From Takakia lepidozioides (taxonomy: Eukaryota; Plantae; Bryophyta), in the NCBI GenBank assembly GCA_030704615.1, contig JAKLZA010000211.1:1-25000 (forward strand): 25,000 nt of DNA, written 5' to 3'. The translations under genes and the position numbers were made by a program. Below the pieces are notes generated by a model, which was not told the origin of the DNA, ran no database searches, and worked only from the letters and a program-made list of their open reading frames with translations. Numbering within the stretch: the stretch's first letter is position 1; the number at the start of each line of letters is the position of its first letter. Below, piece after piece: positions 11,447 to 22,869 of the stretch.

Positions 11447-12503
11447 CATTGGATTCTGATTCGTCGAGCGTGCGAGGCTTGGAGACTGGAAGGTATATGA
11501 GGTGGTCACAATGCCCCTCACTTCTTCTGTGGCAAACACTTTTGTGGCGAGTGAATGTTCTCTATTCCTTGAGCAAGAGTGTAAGCCCAAGAGGAGGATG
11601 CGGACCGTTTGCAGTGGCTTCCACCAAAGCCACTGCAGCAAATTGTCGAAAAGCACAATACTACATGGTGCATTGATCCGCTTGGATTGATGCCGTAGTG
11701 TTGGGCCATCGCATTCTATTCTACCTTCTATTGCTCTTGACAAATCTACCCAGTACACTAGTGTTCTTCGTTCAACCTTAGGTCTGTGGTTAGGGTTTTG
11801 GGTGTGAGGATGAGGGAAGAGTGAATCCCTTGGTTCACCGTAGACCCGCACAAAAAAGACAGTGTTCAATGCAATCTCTGTTCATTGAAGCTGGCGGGTC
11901 ACAAAGATCGCATGTTATATCACCTCGGCTACAGAGATGAGAAGAATGCAAGGGTTAGTTTGTGCCCAAAAGCCTCCATGCGAGTGAAAGCCCACTTTGC
12001 CCAATGTAGAGGCAATATCCCACCGTCTCTTGATGTGGCCTCGGCTTCTGCGCCAAACACTTAATGTTTGAATCAAAATGTCCCTCAGAGTTGTACCCAG
12101 GGGAGATTCTTGCGAGGCGTCTGCTGTTCGTGGAGAAGCCGGTGGGTCATTAGCAACACCCGATTGTACGCCAGCACTTGTACGGACCAGACCATTGAGG
12201 CAACAATCAATACAAGAAGGCTTAAATTTGTCGCACATGAGGACTCTGGATAAGAAGTGGACCCAATTTTTCTACGAGGTCAATATTCCGTTCAATGTCT
12301 CGAGGCTTCCTGCGTTTGTGGCTGCTGTCAAAGCCACGTCCGATTCCAAGTCCACATACACACCTCCAAGTTATCGCGATCTCCGCACATGATTGCTAGA
12401 AGAGGCTATGTCTGACCTCATCCAAAAGATGAATGAAAAGACAGGTGATTCTCTCCGAAAATATGGAAGCACTATAGTTGGAGTTCTATTACTAATCGAC
12501 CAC

Positions 12504-13274
12504 CAAGACCATGACTACACCATGTTTTTATATGAAATTGACCTCCCGCAGTCATTCATACGACTGTAGTCATATGAACGACTATCTAAGTAGTCGTCTG
12601 TATGACTACATGGCTCCGGAATGGGCGAAAAGCTGGTCAACGACAATTGACTAGATTTAGCTCACCATTCATAGTCATTTCCATGACTACACTGTACATG
12701 GATGAGGTTACATAGTCATGATGACTACTCGAGATTTTGTAATCTGGTATGTATAATACAATTAAAACACCATATGATCACATGAATGACTGATGGGTGT
12801 ATTGGTTAGCAGGTAGTGAACTAAAACTCTTATAGTAAAGAGGTTGTAGGTTCAAACTCCACTAAGTACAATCAAATGGATAAGATGACCCTAGGGTTAG
12901 TAGGCGAGCTAGGGATAGCACGTGGTACCCTAGATGGGTTGCCACGTGGTTTTTTCATTATTATAAAATGCATTATGCCACGTGGCACAATGAGGTGCGA
13001 CGCGGCGTCTGACATATGTTTTTTATTTTATTTTATTTTAATAATCAATTGCGCCTCGCCACGTGGCGCGACAGCGGTGACTGCAGTATGGTATATATGA
13101 CTGCAGTGAGAGATATCACTTGGTTCATCTGACTATAGTCATCCGGACCGTACCATCATGTACTCATTGTATTCACTTGGTTTGCACGACTTACAGTCAT
13201 AGAAGTCATATGTACCGTTTATGACTGCAGAATAGTCATATATAGAGTCATAAATACCGCGATCTGTTGTAGTG
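12504..13274. mobile_element. Non-autonomous CACTA (EnSpm)-like element inserted in the hAT transposase; left TIR lost
   Basis: Right end ...CTGTTGTAGTG (reverse complement CACTACAACAG). 3-bp TSD CAC at 12501-12503 and 13275-13277. Many ATGACT/AGTCAT subterminal motifs at both ends. Removal restores cga-cca-ctg-ttc-aat (RPLFN). Confidence 0.75.
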
Positions 13275-13995
13275 CACTGTTCAATGTCGTGCTCGTCTGT
13301 TCTGCGGGGGAACAATTTGGGATCCGTTGATACAAGCGGGGAGAGAAAAGATGCACGTTATCAAGCAGGGTTGTTGACGAGTTTCATCGATAAAATTGGA
13401 GCTGATAAAATTGCCCAAGTGTGCACGGACAATGTATCTAACATGGTTAATATGGCTGATATTTTGATGGTACGATATCCCTATCTATATTACCAAGGGT
13501 GTGCTGCTTATATCTTTGATCTCATTTTGGAGGATTGGGGAAAAGAATCATGAATGAAACAGCTAATAAAAAGGCCAAAGTCGGTTTGTGACGTTCATTC
13601 GTACACATCACATCCCTCTGGCATTGTTTAGAAAACATGAACCCAAATACAGCCTTAGGAACCCGGGTGAAACCCGCTTTGCCACAAACTTTTTGATGGT
13701 GGATCAATTGGTGACTGTGAGGGCGGGTCTGGAGCAGGTGATCATCGACCCTCAATGGGATGCATATGTGGGCACCTTACGCGACTCTCGTAAGTCCAAG
13801 TCTTTGAGCAAAAGTCGGAGGGTCCGCGCAATCATTCGCTCCGACTATTTCTGGGCGAAATGTGCAAATTTTGTGTACATGGTGGAGCCGGTGTTGATTG
13901 CTTTGCGGGAGTTTGATGGAAAACAACCAATAATGGATAAAGCATGGTTGATATTGGAAAACCTTGAGAAGCACGTGCAATCCTTGAGGCGTCTT

Positions 13996-14242
13996 GGGCA
14001 GAAGCATGCTATAGTGGCTCACTTTTGTCCAGTCTACTCAAATCTTACTCTCATTTTTCATCTTCAAAACACAACAGCTTTGTTTGGAACCAATTTTTGG
14101 GTGATCTCAAATTGAGTTGACAACAAAAATAAATTGTAACACCTAATTTAAAGTTTATATGAAAAAAGATATAAATGAAAGTAGACTAGTTTAGACTGGA
14201 CAAAATTTTCTCAAAGTGAGCCACTGTAGCATGTTTCTGCCC
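13996..14242. mobile_element. 247-bp MITE, copy 1 (30-bp TIR, GGG termini, 4-bp TSD)
   Basis: GGGCAGAAGCATGCTATAGTGGCTCACTTT ... AAAGTGAGCCACTGTAGCATGTTTCTGCCC, flanked by TCTT/TCCT. Removal restores the transposase frame (SLRRPPFSMDDDL). Confidence 0.92.
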
Positions 14243-16096
14243 TCCTCCATTTTCTATGGATGATGATTTGGCAGCAAGGACCAAGGATGCATTTTATGAC
14301 CTCAAACGGATGGTTTGCACAGACTTGCATTATGTGGGGGCCTTGCTGAATCCATTCTTGCTGGAGAAAACGGATTTGAGAGACGATGTGGATGCCTAAG
14401 CCGGGCTTGTACGGGTCATCATGCAACTTGCGCCTTGAACATGGCAGAGCGAGCTTTGTCCGAGTACCAGTGCTTCTCGGATCGCCAGAATTTTTTTCAT
14501 AACATACAGGATCCAAAAGCAATGAATATGTTGCCACATGAATGGTGGGATATGATTGGAGTTGGAGCAAGAACGTTAGCTCCCATTGCAAAACATATTC
14601 TTGCTCAAGTGTGCTATGTCTCGTCCTGTGAACGGAACTGGAGTAGTTACTCGTTTGTTCACAACAAGATTCGCAACATGTTGAATCCTGCCAGGGCTGA
14701 CAAATTGTTTTATGTCTACACGAATTGTAGGCTACTGCGAGAGAGGACAGCAAGTGACGCATCTGCATGGTACGAGAAGAATCTGTTGTCTGAAGAATCT
14801 GCCTCAGAGATCCAATCTAGCAGCAATGATGACACCGACGCCGCTTCCGACTCCGACGGTTGGGATGGGTCCGATGATGTGGGCAATCCTCCACATGACC
14901 CATATGAAATTTAATGACGATGATGCTGCAATGCATCCATCCTTCGATGACCTTGTTGTTGATGAACTGCGACATGGTGTCATCCCAATTGCGGATCCTC
15001 TTCCCCCACTGGAGCACACTCTCAACAATGAAGTTGAGGTCAACTCTCCCCCACCTCGAGTTCTACGGATTGCGGGAGATGTGCAGGTCGAATCATCGGA
15101 TGATGACAACCGGCCGTTGTCATTCCTTCACCAACATCCTACCCATGTGAACCGTGCTTCATCTCACGCCGCTCCATCTCATGTTTCTCTTTCTCAAGCC
15201 GGTCCATCCCATGCTGGTCCATCTAGTCTCTCTCCCCCTCATGTAATTCCTTCCATCACTATTCCGATCCTGGGAGATGCTTATTCTGCCGTGGGACTTT
15301 TGCAAGTCGAACAATCGGATGAGGACGACCAGCCATTGTCGTTTCATCTGGCCCGACGACGTCCGCATGTAAACCGTGCTCCCTCGACCCTCGCTGATCC
15401 ATCTCATGCCCCTTCCTCTCATGTTGGCCCCTCTGGTGTACGTGCGAGTAGCCTTATTCATACGCGACCTGCTCCAAGGCCACCACGAAATCCGGGACGC
15501 GCCCAGAAACGACAAAGAATTGTGCAACCTTTTGTTGGTGACCAACCTGTGAACAGGCCTGATACCCTAGATGGTATTCATGATAAGAGTGAAAATCGAC
15601 CAGAGAGACAACTGAACGTACTCCGAGGACGACTACAGGTCCAACGGCCAGTTGCCTCTGGAAACGAAAGAACAGATGGAGATCATGATTCTAGCACTGA
15701 TCATGGGAACGGGGGTGAAGTGAGTGGGGACGAAGATTTTGTACTGGGCGTGAGATCATACCATCCTCGTCGTGCCAGACGGAACTAGGTACAGCTATAA
15801 CTTCTGTCACATGATGTGTAGTATGTTTCTATGGATATCCATGTTTTAGTTTGGGTACATGCATACGTGTACGAAAATAAAAATGGTGGAATATGTGTAC
15901 CCAAAAAAGGGTTTGGTGGTTGTGCGTGTATTTGTGTTTCGTCATTACCTTTACATTGTTGATTTTCTATTATGGTTTCGAAAGCCACAAAGGCCAGGTG
16001 CAGCTCCCAACATTCATCTTCCCCTTCACAAATCCATAGGGAGTCGATATATGTGTTTTTGATCTGCCTCTCCAAACATACATACAGGTGCAGGAG

Positions 16097-16504
16097 GACC
16101 AATCTCCTGGTGGTCACACCTATTTAAATAAAAACAATTAGTCGCACCTATTTAACAAAAAGAAAAATGGTCCGACCACCCCCCTGCTGGTGGTCGCCCC
16201 TAAAAACAAAATGGTGCGACCACCCCCCCTGCTGGTGGTCGCAGATATTAAAAAATATATATATATATCATTTCATCCCCCCTGCTGGTGGTCGTAGATA
16301 TTAAAAAATCGGAAAATTATGCGACCACCCCCCTGCTGGTGGTCGCATCTATTAAAGAAAAAGAAAATAGTGCGACCACCAGCAGGTGGTGGTCGCACCT
16401 ATTAAAAAAAAGAAAAATTCTGACCACCCCCCTACTGGTGGTCGCACATAATAAAGAAAAGAAAAAATGATGCGACCACCCCCTGCTTGCGGTCGCAGCT
16501 ATTA
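16097..16504. repeat. Right array of ~8-9 palindromic units TGCGACCACCCCCCTGCTGGTGGTCGCA with A-rich linkers (reverse complement of left array)
   Basis: Units start at about 16097, 16171, 16215, 16275, 16320, 16371, 16421, 16471. Confidence 0.92.
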
Positions 16505-16924
16505 CTAGCGTGCGTAGTCATGATGACAGCGCGCGCCCCGAGTGTGGAGGGGGGCTTATAAGGCATTCGAGGCCATTCTCTCCCTCACTTTTCTCCACAC
16601 CAGGACTTGGTGGGCGATGGGATGTTGCATTCATTGTCGTTGAGTCCGAGTGGAGATGGGTGCTATTGGTTGGGTGGGGGGTATTTTGGGCCGTTGGTTT
16701 CTACGAAATCGATGGTGAGTACCTCCCGGGAAGCCCTCATCTGGCACCCACGTTTTTTACATTGCACATTACGTCATATCACTTAGAACTGCGGATGGAG
16801 TGACACGTGCCTCTAGTACTTGGGGAGGATTCATTAGGGAGTAGGATTAGGTACGATTTAGGAAGGTTGGGAGAGCATTTTTTTTAGCAAACACTTGTCG
16901 AGTAGGGATAAGCCAGAGCCATAA

Positions 16925-18022
16925 ATGGCGGAGGAGGAAGACAGAGGAGGTTATCCCAGGGATGAAGATAATGAACCTGGACCTCAAAAAAAAAACCCGA
17001 AAGGGGTCAGGCGCGAACTTCGTTGGGACATATACAATGATCCCAACATTCTTGTGGAACGAGATTGGGAAGTTTGGAGGTTGGGGCAGCGGTGGTCGCT
17101 TGGGACTGCAGAAAATTTATGGACTGCTGTCACATAAATCGTTTGTGGCCCAGAGATAGGCATGAGCCACAAACCAAACAAAATCAAGCTAGCTTGCATT
17201 CTTGCGCCAACCCGCATTTCCGCCATATGGCAGAGGAGGTACATACAACATTGTGGGGTCAACCGCTCGTCAACAACAATGTTCCGTATTTATTTGCAAC
17301 CATGTTGTACACAAAGTTGATTTTATTGCGACTAGTGGATTGACAAACTGCCACTGCGAGACAACGTACTAGACTATACATGTTCTCTGATATCCCATAC
17401 GGTTGGATGGAAACGACGAGGTAGAAGAAGAAGGAAAGGCAGATGCAGTGGTGGTGGGGAGGTGCAGGGGAACCGACCTCCAGATTTTACGCCGCAACAG
17501 GTCTCCGCAGCCGGGCCTTCAACGTCTGAGGTGGAGGGGGGCGAGGTACGCTCTCCGTTGGAGAAACAGTTGGCTGCACATGAACAGCACATCAAGGACC
17601 TGCAGGACATTGTTCATTTGCAACGTTGGCAAATAGCGAAGTTGCTGGAAAGAATGGGGTTGGGGACTCTCGACAGCGTACGCGGTGTGCTTCAGGACCC
17701 GACGCCAATCACCAACGAGCAAGACATATTGGCGCGTTTGGATATACCACCAATGGACATTGACAGCGTCATCGACGGGGTTGACTCAATCGGGCATGGG
17801 AATGAAGTGCAAACGCCTGAACTGGACCCGGTGAGGGTTGAGGAAGAAAGACTTGCGGCGGAGAGGGCAAGAAAAAGGAAGGACCCCATAGTGGAAACTG
17901 GGGAATGTTCAGCCGTGCAAATTACATCGGCCCATGAACAGGAATTAGAGCAGCTTGTGGGGGAACGTGACCAAACTAGGGCTGTTGCATATCGGTACTT
18001 AAATGCCATGCAAATCTGCATC
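16925..18022 (+). pseudogene. N-terminal part of an unknown TE-associated protein (Trp-rich globular domain, then coiled-coil segments); frameshifted
   Basis: ATG in good context (AAATGG). ORFs 16925-17137, 17065-17343 and 17462-~18022 link via frameshifts and stops. Heptad-like LEKQLAAHEQHIKDLQDIV and EQELEQLVGERDQ; basic AERARKRK. Coding character ends where antisense PPR sequence starts. Confidence 0.55.
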
Positions 18023-19502
18023 ATGGACTTGTTTCCCTTTTTCCAGAGTTCTGAGGCTGGCGCATGCATTGAGAATACAAGTGAATGTGACGATGTCGGG
18101 CGTCACCCCATCCTGTTGCATTTTCTCATAGATCTTGAAAGCTTCCATAGCATCCCCATGCTGAGCATATCCTGCTATCAATGAACTCCACGAGACCACA
18201 TCTTGTTTAGCCATACTGGCGAATACTTCACTTGACGCGCCTTCTTCATGTTGCCGCATTTTGCATACATGTCGATAAGGCTATTCTCCAAATTGATATA
18301 GGATGCAATTCCAGCTTTCATGGTGTCAGCATGCACCTCTTTGTCTTTTTCCAAGGCTCCTAGGCTGGAACACGCATTGAGAACACAAACAAACGTGACT
18401 GTGTTGGATCTCACCCCTGCTTGTTGCATTTTCGTGCACATCTGGAAAGCCTCCCTCCCAAACCCATGACGAGCATATCCTGCTATCAATGCACTCCAGG
18501 AGACCACATCTCGTGTAGCCATATTATTAAACATTTGTTGGGCATCTTTCATACTTGCGCATTTTGCATACATGTCAACAAGTGTCAAGAGTATTCTCCA
18601 AATTTATATATGACATAATTCCAGCTTTGACAATGTCAGCATGGACCTGCTTGCCCTTCTACAAATCTCCTAAGCTAGCACATGCATTGAGACTACAAAT
18701 GAATGTGACCATGTTTGGCATCATCCCTTCCTGTTGCATTTGCTCCTAGATCTTCAAAGCTTCCCTACCACACCCATGTTGAGCATATCTTGCAATCATG
18801 GCACTCCATGAAACCTATCCTGCTTATAGCCATATTATCAAACACCTGCTGCGCATCCTTCATGACCCCACATTTGGCATACATGTCCACAAGGCTATTC
18901 TCCAGGTTTAAATATGACTTTATTCCAGGTCTCCTGAGCTGGCACTTGCTTTGAGACCGCAAATGAAGGTGATCCTGTCAGGGGTCACCCTTTCTCATTG
19001 CATGTGCTCATAGATTTTGAAGGCATCCTGAGCATGCTCATGCTTGGCATAGCCTGCCATCATCCCAGTCCATGTAAACAAATCTCGTTCAGGCATGTTG
19101 TCAAACACTCGACGTGCATCCACCAAGCTACCACACTTGACATACATGTTGACAAGGGTATTGAGCAGCTGATATACTATTGGCTTGCATCCACTTTGGA
19201 TAATGTAGAAATGCACCTGCTTCCCTTGTGCTAGGTTTTTCATGTTCATACATTCCTGCAAGAGAACGACATACTTATGTATTCCAGTATGCTCGAATGC
19301 CTTGTTGGCTCAAAATGTGCAACACATCTCTCAGTCGTCCTGCCTTACATAGAATCCTAACATACTGACAAGTGCCAGAGAGGGAACTACCCCTGCTGCC
19401 AGTCTCTTGTCCCAGAAACATCTCCGCCTCATTCCATCCTGCATGACTCAAAAAACCTTCAACCTCAAGTGCAAATTGTATTATACACCTAGATGCTTTC
19501 AA
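18023..19502 (-). pseudogene. PLS-class pentatricopeptide repeat (PPR) pseudogene, 3'-truncated
   Basis: Repeated NSL(I/V)DMYAKCG, DVVSWSALIAGYARHG and VTF(T/V)C(I/V)LNAC.SL..LEKGKQVH across ORFs 19275-19502, 18995-19261, 18765-18962, 18178-18588 and 17999-18259. Many frameshifts; no E/DYW domain present. Confidence 0.93.
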
Positions 19503-19816
19503 GAAATATGTACTGATGAGGGCCTTTGCCGCATAATTACAGTTATAAAACTAGCCAGACATGGTCATTGAGCATAATCTGTACCAAGCACATCTACTCA
19601 CGTTAAACCTAAATCGTCATCTAAACAATACCCAATGTATTCTTGGACGGGAACGCCATGGTGTGCATTGACATAACAACCATGGGATGTCATTGCCAGC
19701 TGAAGCACAACGCTAACCAATACAAGAGAAAGAAAAGATAGAATCTAAGACATCAAGATGCACACTTGCTCCAACATACAAAAGAACAAAACATTAGGAT
19801 TACATGAAATGGCATA

Positions 19817-20129
19817 CTAGTGGGCATTGATATTGTTGTTGTAAATGACAACATTAGGGGGTGTGCCCTCACTCTTGGCTCTCTGAAACCAGTGTTCTGC
19901 AGCACTTTCCACATCCCCAAACACACCAAAACCGCCACCATCCACATATTCCCATTTGGACATAAGTTGGAGCTGTGCAATCAGCCGAAGATCTATAGGA
20001 ATTTTTGCTTGAGCTGTAAGCATTGACCATCATAACAATTGAATGGATGCGTGGAGGTCCTTCATGTCCACTTGATAGGCAAAGGCTGAGGGCAACATCT
20101 GAGGGGTTGTCGCGTGTATAATCAAGCAA
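19817..20129 (-). pseudogene. Fragment of a second, probably P-class, PPR-like gene
   Basis: GDVESAEHWFQRAKSEGTPPNVVIYNNNINAH fits a P-type PPR helix-turn-helix; IVMMVNAYSS lies in an adjacent frame. Confidence 0.5.
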
Positions 20130-20329
20130 AAAAAAATAGGCATCTAATGTCTTGTTGGATGACCAGCTACAGTGGAAGGGTGAGGGAGTGAGTACATACT
20201 CAGAATTGCCAACTTGGCGAATCTAGAAATAAGGACATTGAGTGTGGCCACATTTGGTGCAACCCCTTCAGCCTCCATCCCCTCCACACAAGCTACTGCT
20301 CCCTCATGTCACGTTTCTCTATGTGGAAC

Positions 20330-20825
20330 GTTCCGTGATTGTGGATTATATCATAATGGACAAAAAATTGTTTCCCCAGAGTGCCAATGTACTGTTGATC
20401 GATAGAACTGATATTGGTACCTCTGACCACTTCTTGGTTTGGACTGATATCAAATGGGGTTGCCCAACACCAAGATATCTGCGATACGTTCGAATCAGAA
20501 GTGGCGCATAGAAAAATTCCATAATGAAGAGGTCAAGATTGAGTAATGTCCAGGCCTTGCAAGAGGCTCTCCCTCATTTTGTCCACTCGCTCCAAGATGC
20601 AAGAAATGAAGTCGAAAGAGCAGTGGATTCTTGGGGAGAGTTTCGTCTCCTCTGCGGCTAACAAGATCATTGGGAGGAAACTAATTGTTTGCGGTAGAGC
20701 TGTTAATTGGTGGACCAATGAGATTAAACTCAAGATAGCTGAGAGACGAGTAGTTTATAAATAGTGCTGCAATTTGAAAACCAACAAAGAATTGTGGGTG
20801 AGGTACTACCAGATCCGTTTAAAGA
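20330..20825 (+). mobile_element. Non-LTR retrotransposon (LINE) ORF2 fragment: end of APE endonuclease plus linker
   Basis: VDYII...IGTSDHFLVWTDI (APE DYI/SDH motifs), then KWRIEK and WWTNEIKLKIAERRVVYK, typical of the EN-RT linker; stops and frameshifts present. Confidence 0.75.
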
Positions 20826-21153
20826 TATCAATCAGCTTGTACAACCGTCGAATTTCCAGTTTTCATCCATTGGATGAACTAGAATTCCATTTAATCGCCC
20901 TTCGCAGCTGCCTCCGGCTTGATAATTTGATGTCATCTTCCATCACCTCTAAAAATCACCAAACTTGGTGACAAATTATAATTAGATGCCCCGTAGCTGC
21001 TTGTAAAATCTCAAGGGAATCGGGGAAGAGAAGCCACACCTTTTGTTGGTTTCCATGGTTTTGCCATATAGGTAGTCTGCCGCTTCTTGACAGTTAAAAT
21101 ACTGGTGGTGCCCCCAGGGGGTCTTTGGCCCTGCCACTGGGCCATCTAGCATC

Positions 21154-21400
21154 GGGCTGAAGCATACTACAGTGGCTCACTTTTGTCCAGTCTACTCTAA
21201 TCTACTCTCATTTTTCATCTTCAAAACACAACAACTTTGTCTGGAAACCAATTTTTGGGTGATTTCAAATTGAGTTGACAACAAAAATAAATTGCAACAC
21301 CTAATTTGAAGTTCCTATGAAAAAAGATATAAACGAAAGTAGACTAGTTTAGACTAGAAATTTTTTCCGCAAAGTGAGCCACTGTAGCATGCTTCTGCCC
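21154..21400. mobile_element. 247-bp MITE, copy 2 with perfect 4-bp TSD CATC
   Basis: Same TIRs and length as 13996-14242, roughly 90% identical by eye. CATC at 21150-21153 and 21401-21404. Confidence 0.95.
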
Positions 21401-22772
21401 CATCGCGGGAAACACGTATAGAAGAAGCGTTGTCCTCCCTCCAACGTGCAGCACGTTTGTTGAATCGAAGCGTAGATAGCATCTCTGCTAATTTGCAAAG
21501 GCACCACACTGTGTGTGCTATATTCACGTTGAAGTACACTGGATTCACTACATGGGGTGATGTGGATGCCATGTTTGAGCACTGTGTGCATACAATTTCT
21601 GATATCAATAAGAGCATAAATTGGGATTTGGAAGTAGAGGAGGAGTGGGACAGCAGGCCGAGAATGTCATCCGGCATTCATGATGAATCGCGGACGTGGA
21701 TACCACGGAGCAATCCAGCGTCATGGGTAACAGATGGTACGGTGTGCACAATGTGCCTAAACCCTTACGGACCAGAGGGAGACTATATGCTTGGTTCATG
21801 TGGCCATTTGTTCCACCCCACATGTTTCATATCGGCAGCCATGCGAGCCAAATGCCCTCACTGCAGTGGACCAATCCATCGACGTTTCTATGAGTTGTTT
21901 GGGTTGCAAGACAATATGCCCACGGGATACGAGTACAACCGGTACAACATGCCATTGGATGTAGAGCCTTACGATTTTTTAAATTGTCAGCACTGGGGGG
22001 AGACAATGACATGGGATGCTCCAAGAGAGATGCACGTCTTGGATGCCTTGACTATATCTAGGGTTAAAGATCCGGTGACCTTTTGGGTGACATCCAACTG
22101 GGAAATAACCGTGCATGCTAGAGGCATACGGGACCCAGTCCAAATGGAGCTTTTTTGCCGGAACTTGGGAGGGCATTGGAGCTGTACCAAACAAAGATTC
22201 TTCCGACTGCCTGAGGATCCATGGGTGCCAGCGGAAAACAACCCATACAATCGCGAACCGATTGGGAGAGACCTATTTCAAAGGGAGTTGGAAGACGTTA
22301 GCATCCTTTGGGATGATATGAATGAGAGGAACTGGGTGCCTCGTCGGGATGAATGGCCATTTCCTCCAGAGTTGCGCAGAGACCCCCAGCAGGAGGAGGT
22401 GTTGGACAATTTCAAGGCTGCCATCAGGAGTGTTGTTCGGTATTGGCAGAACACATGGCGTGACCAAGTTGCCCCTATTCCATGGGTGTTCTTGCCACTT
22501 CCAAACAATCGGATTTAATTGAAAAATTACATGAAGTCGTAGCAAGAGCGACAAACCCGGCTCTGGCAAATGTGGAAGAGAGTCAGTACTCGCCTAGAAC
22601 GCTACGCATAATGGCAAGGGTGGACCACACAACACTGGGTCCCTCTTTGACCACTCGAGCCCAGGCTCGAGCTCTCCATATTGGTGGAGGCACGTCCTCT
22701 ACACCCGGAGTATCTTCATCAATATCTAGAGATGACAACAACGAAGTAATTAATCTAGATAAAGATGACTAG
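21401..22772 (+). pseudogene. RING-H2 zinc-finger protein, probable C-terminal part of the 16925 TE-associated ORF; frameshift near 22510
   Basis: C-x2-C-x14-C-x-H-x2-H-x2-C-x9-C-x2-C at 21745-21864 (C3H2C3), preceded by a helical stretch (SRETRIEEALSSLQRAARLL). No own ATG at the start, intronless; continues in ORF 22482-22772. Confidence 0.75.
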
Positions 22773-22869
22773 AAAGGCTAGAAACGTAGGGAGTAGGCCA
22801 AAGGTCTCAGGTTGCGAACACTTAAATGTGCAACCCACTGTATTGTCTACGTAATTTTTGGAAATACGA

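Larger units (their letters stand above)
11810..15788 (+). pseudogene. hAT transposase pseudogene (BED finger, DUF659/DDE core, dimerisation domain, long acidic Pro/Ser tail)
   Basis: From ATG 11810: PWF...VQCNLC...RMLYHL...C (BED); FFYEVNIPFNV...YTPPSY; KYGSTI / WSSITNRP|LFNV; VCTDNVSNM (Asp at 13428); GCAAYIFDL (CxxH altered); ETRFATNF; LHYVGALLNP; EWW...SSCERNWSSY..VHNKIRN (Glu at 14630). Several stops, frameshifts and two insertions. Confidence 0.93.
10628..16504 (+). mobile_element. hAT DNA transposon, right terminus missing
   Basis: Candidate left terminus CAAGGTTGCACATG at 10628. Hairpin arrays in opposite orientation lie either side of a hAT transposase pseudogene. Right-side homology to the left arm stops at ...GCAGCTATTA (16504). 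Confidence 0.8.

Noticed and set aside
10982-11869. ORFs of 126-257 aa over the hairpin array, and similar ORFs over 1855-2438 and 23252-23912
   Set aside because: These are translations of tandem or inverted repeats with no protein-family signal.
12470-12474. CACTA as the left terminus of the CACTA insertion
   Set aside because: It lies within hAT coding sequence (KYGSTI), gives no matching TSD, and hAT motif WSSITNRP continues to 12503.
12795-12865. tRNA gene
   Set aside because: Only a B-box/T-loop-like motif; I could not fold a cloverleaf or identify an anticodon arm.
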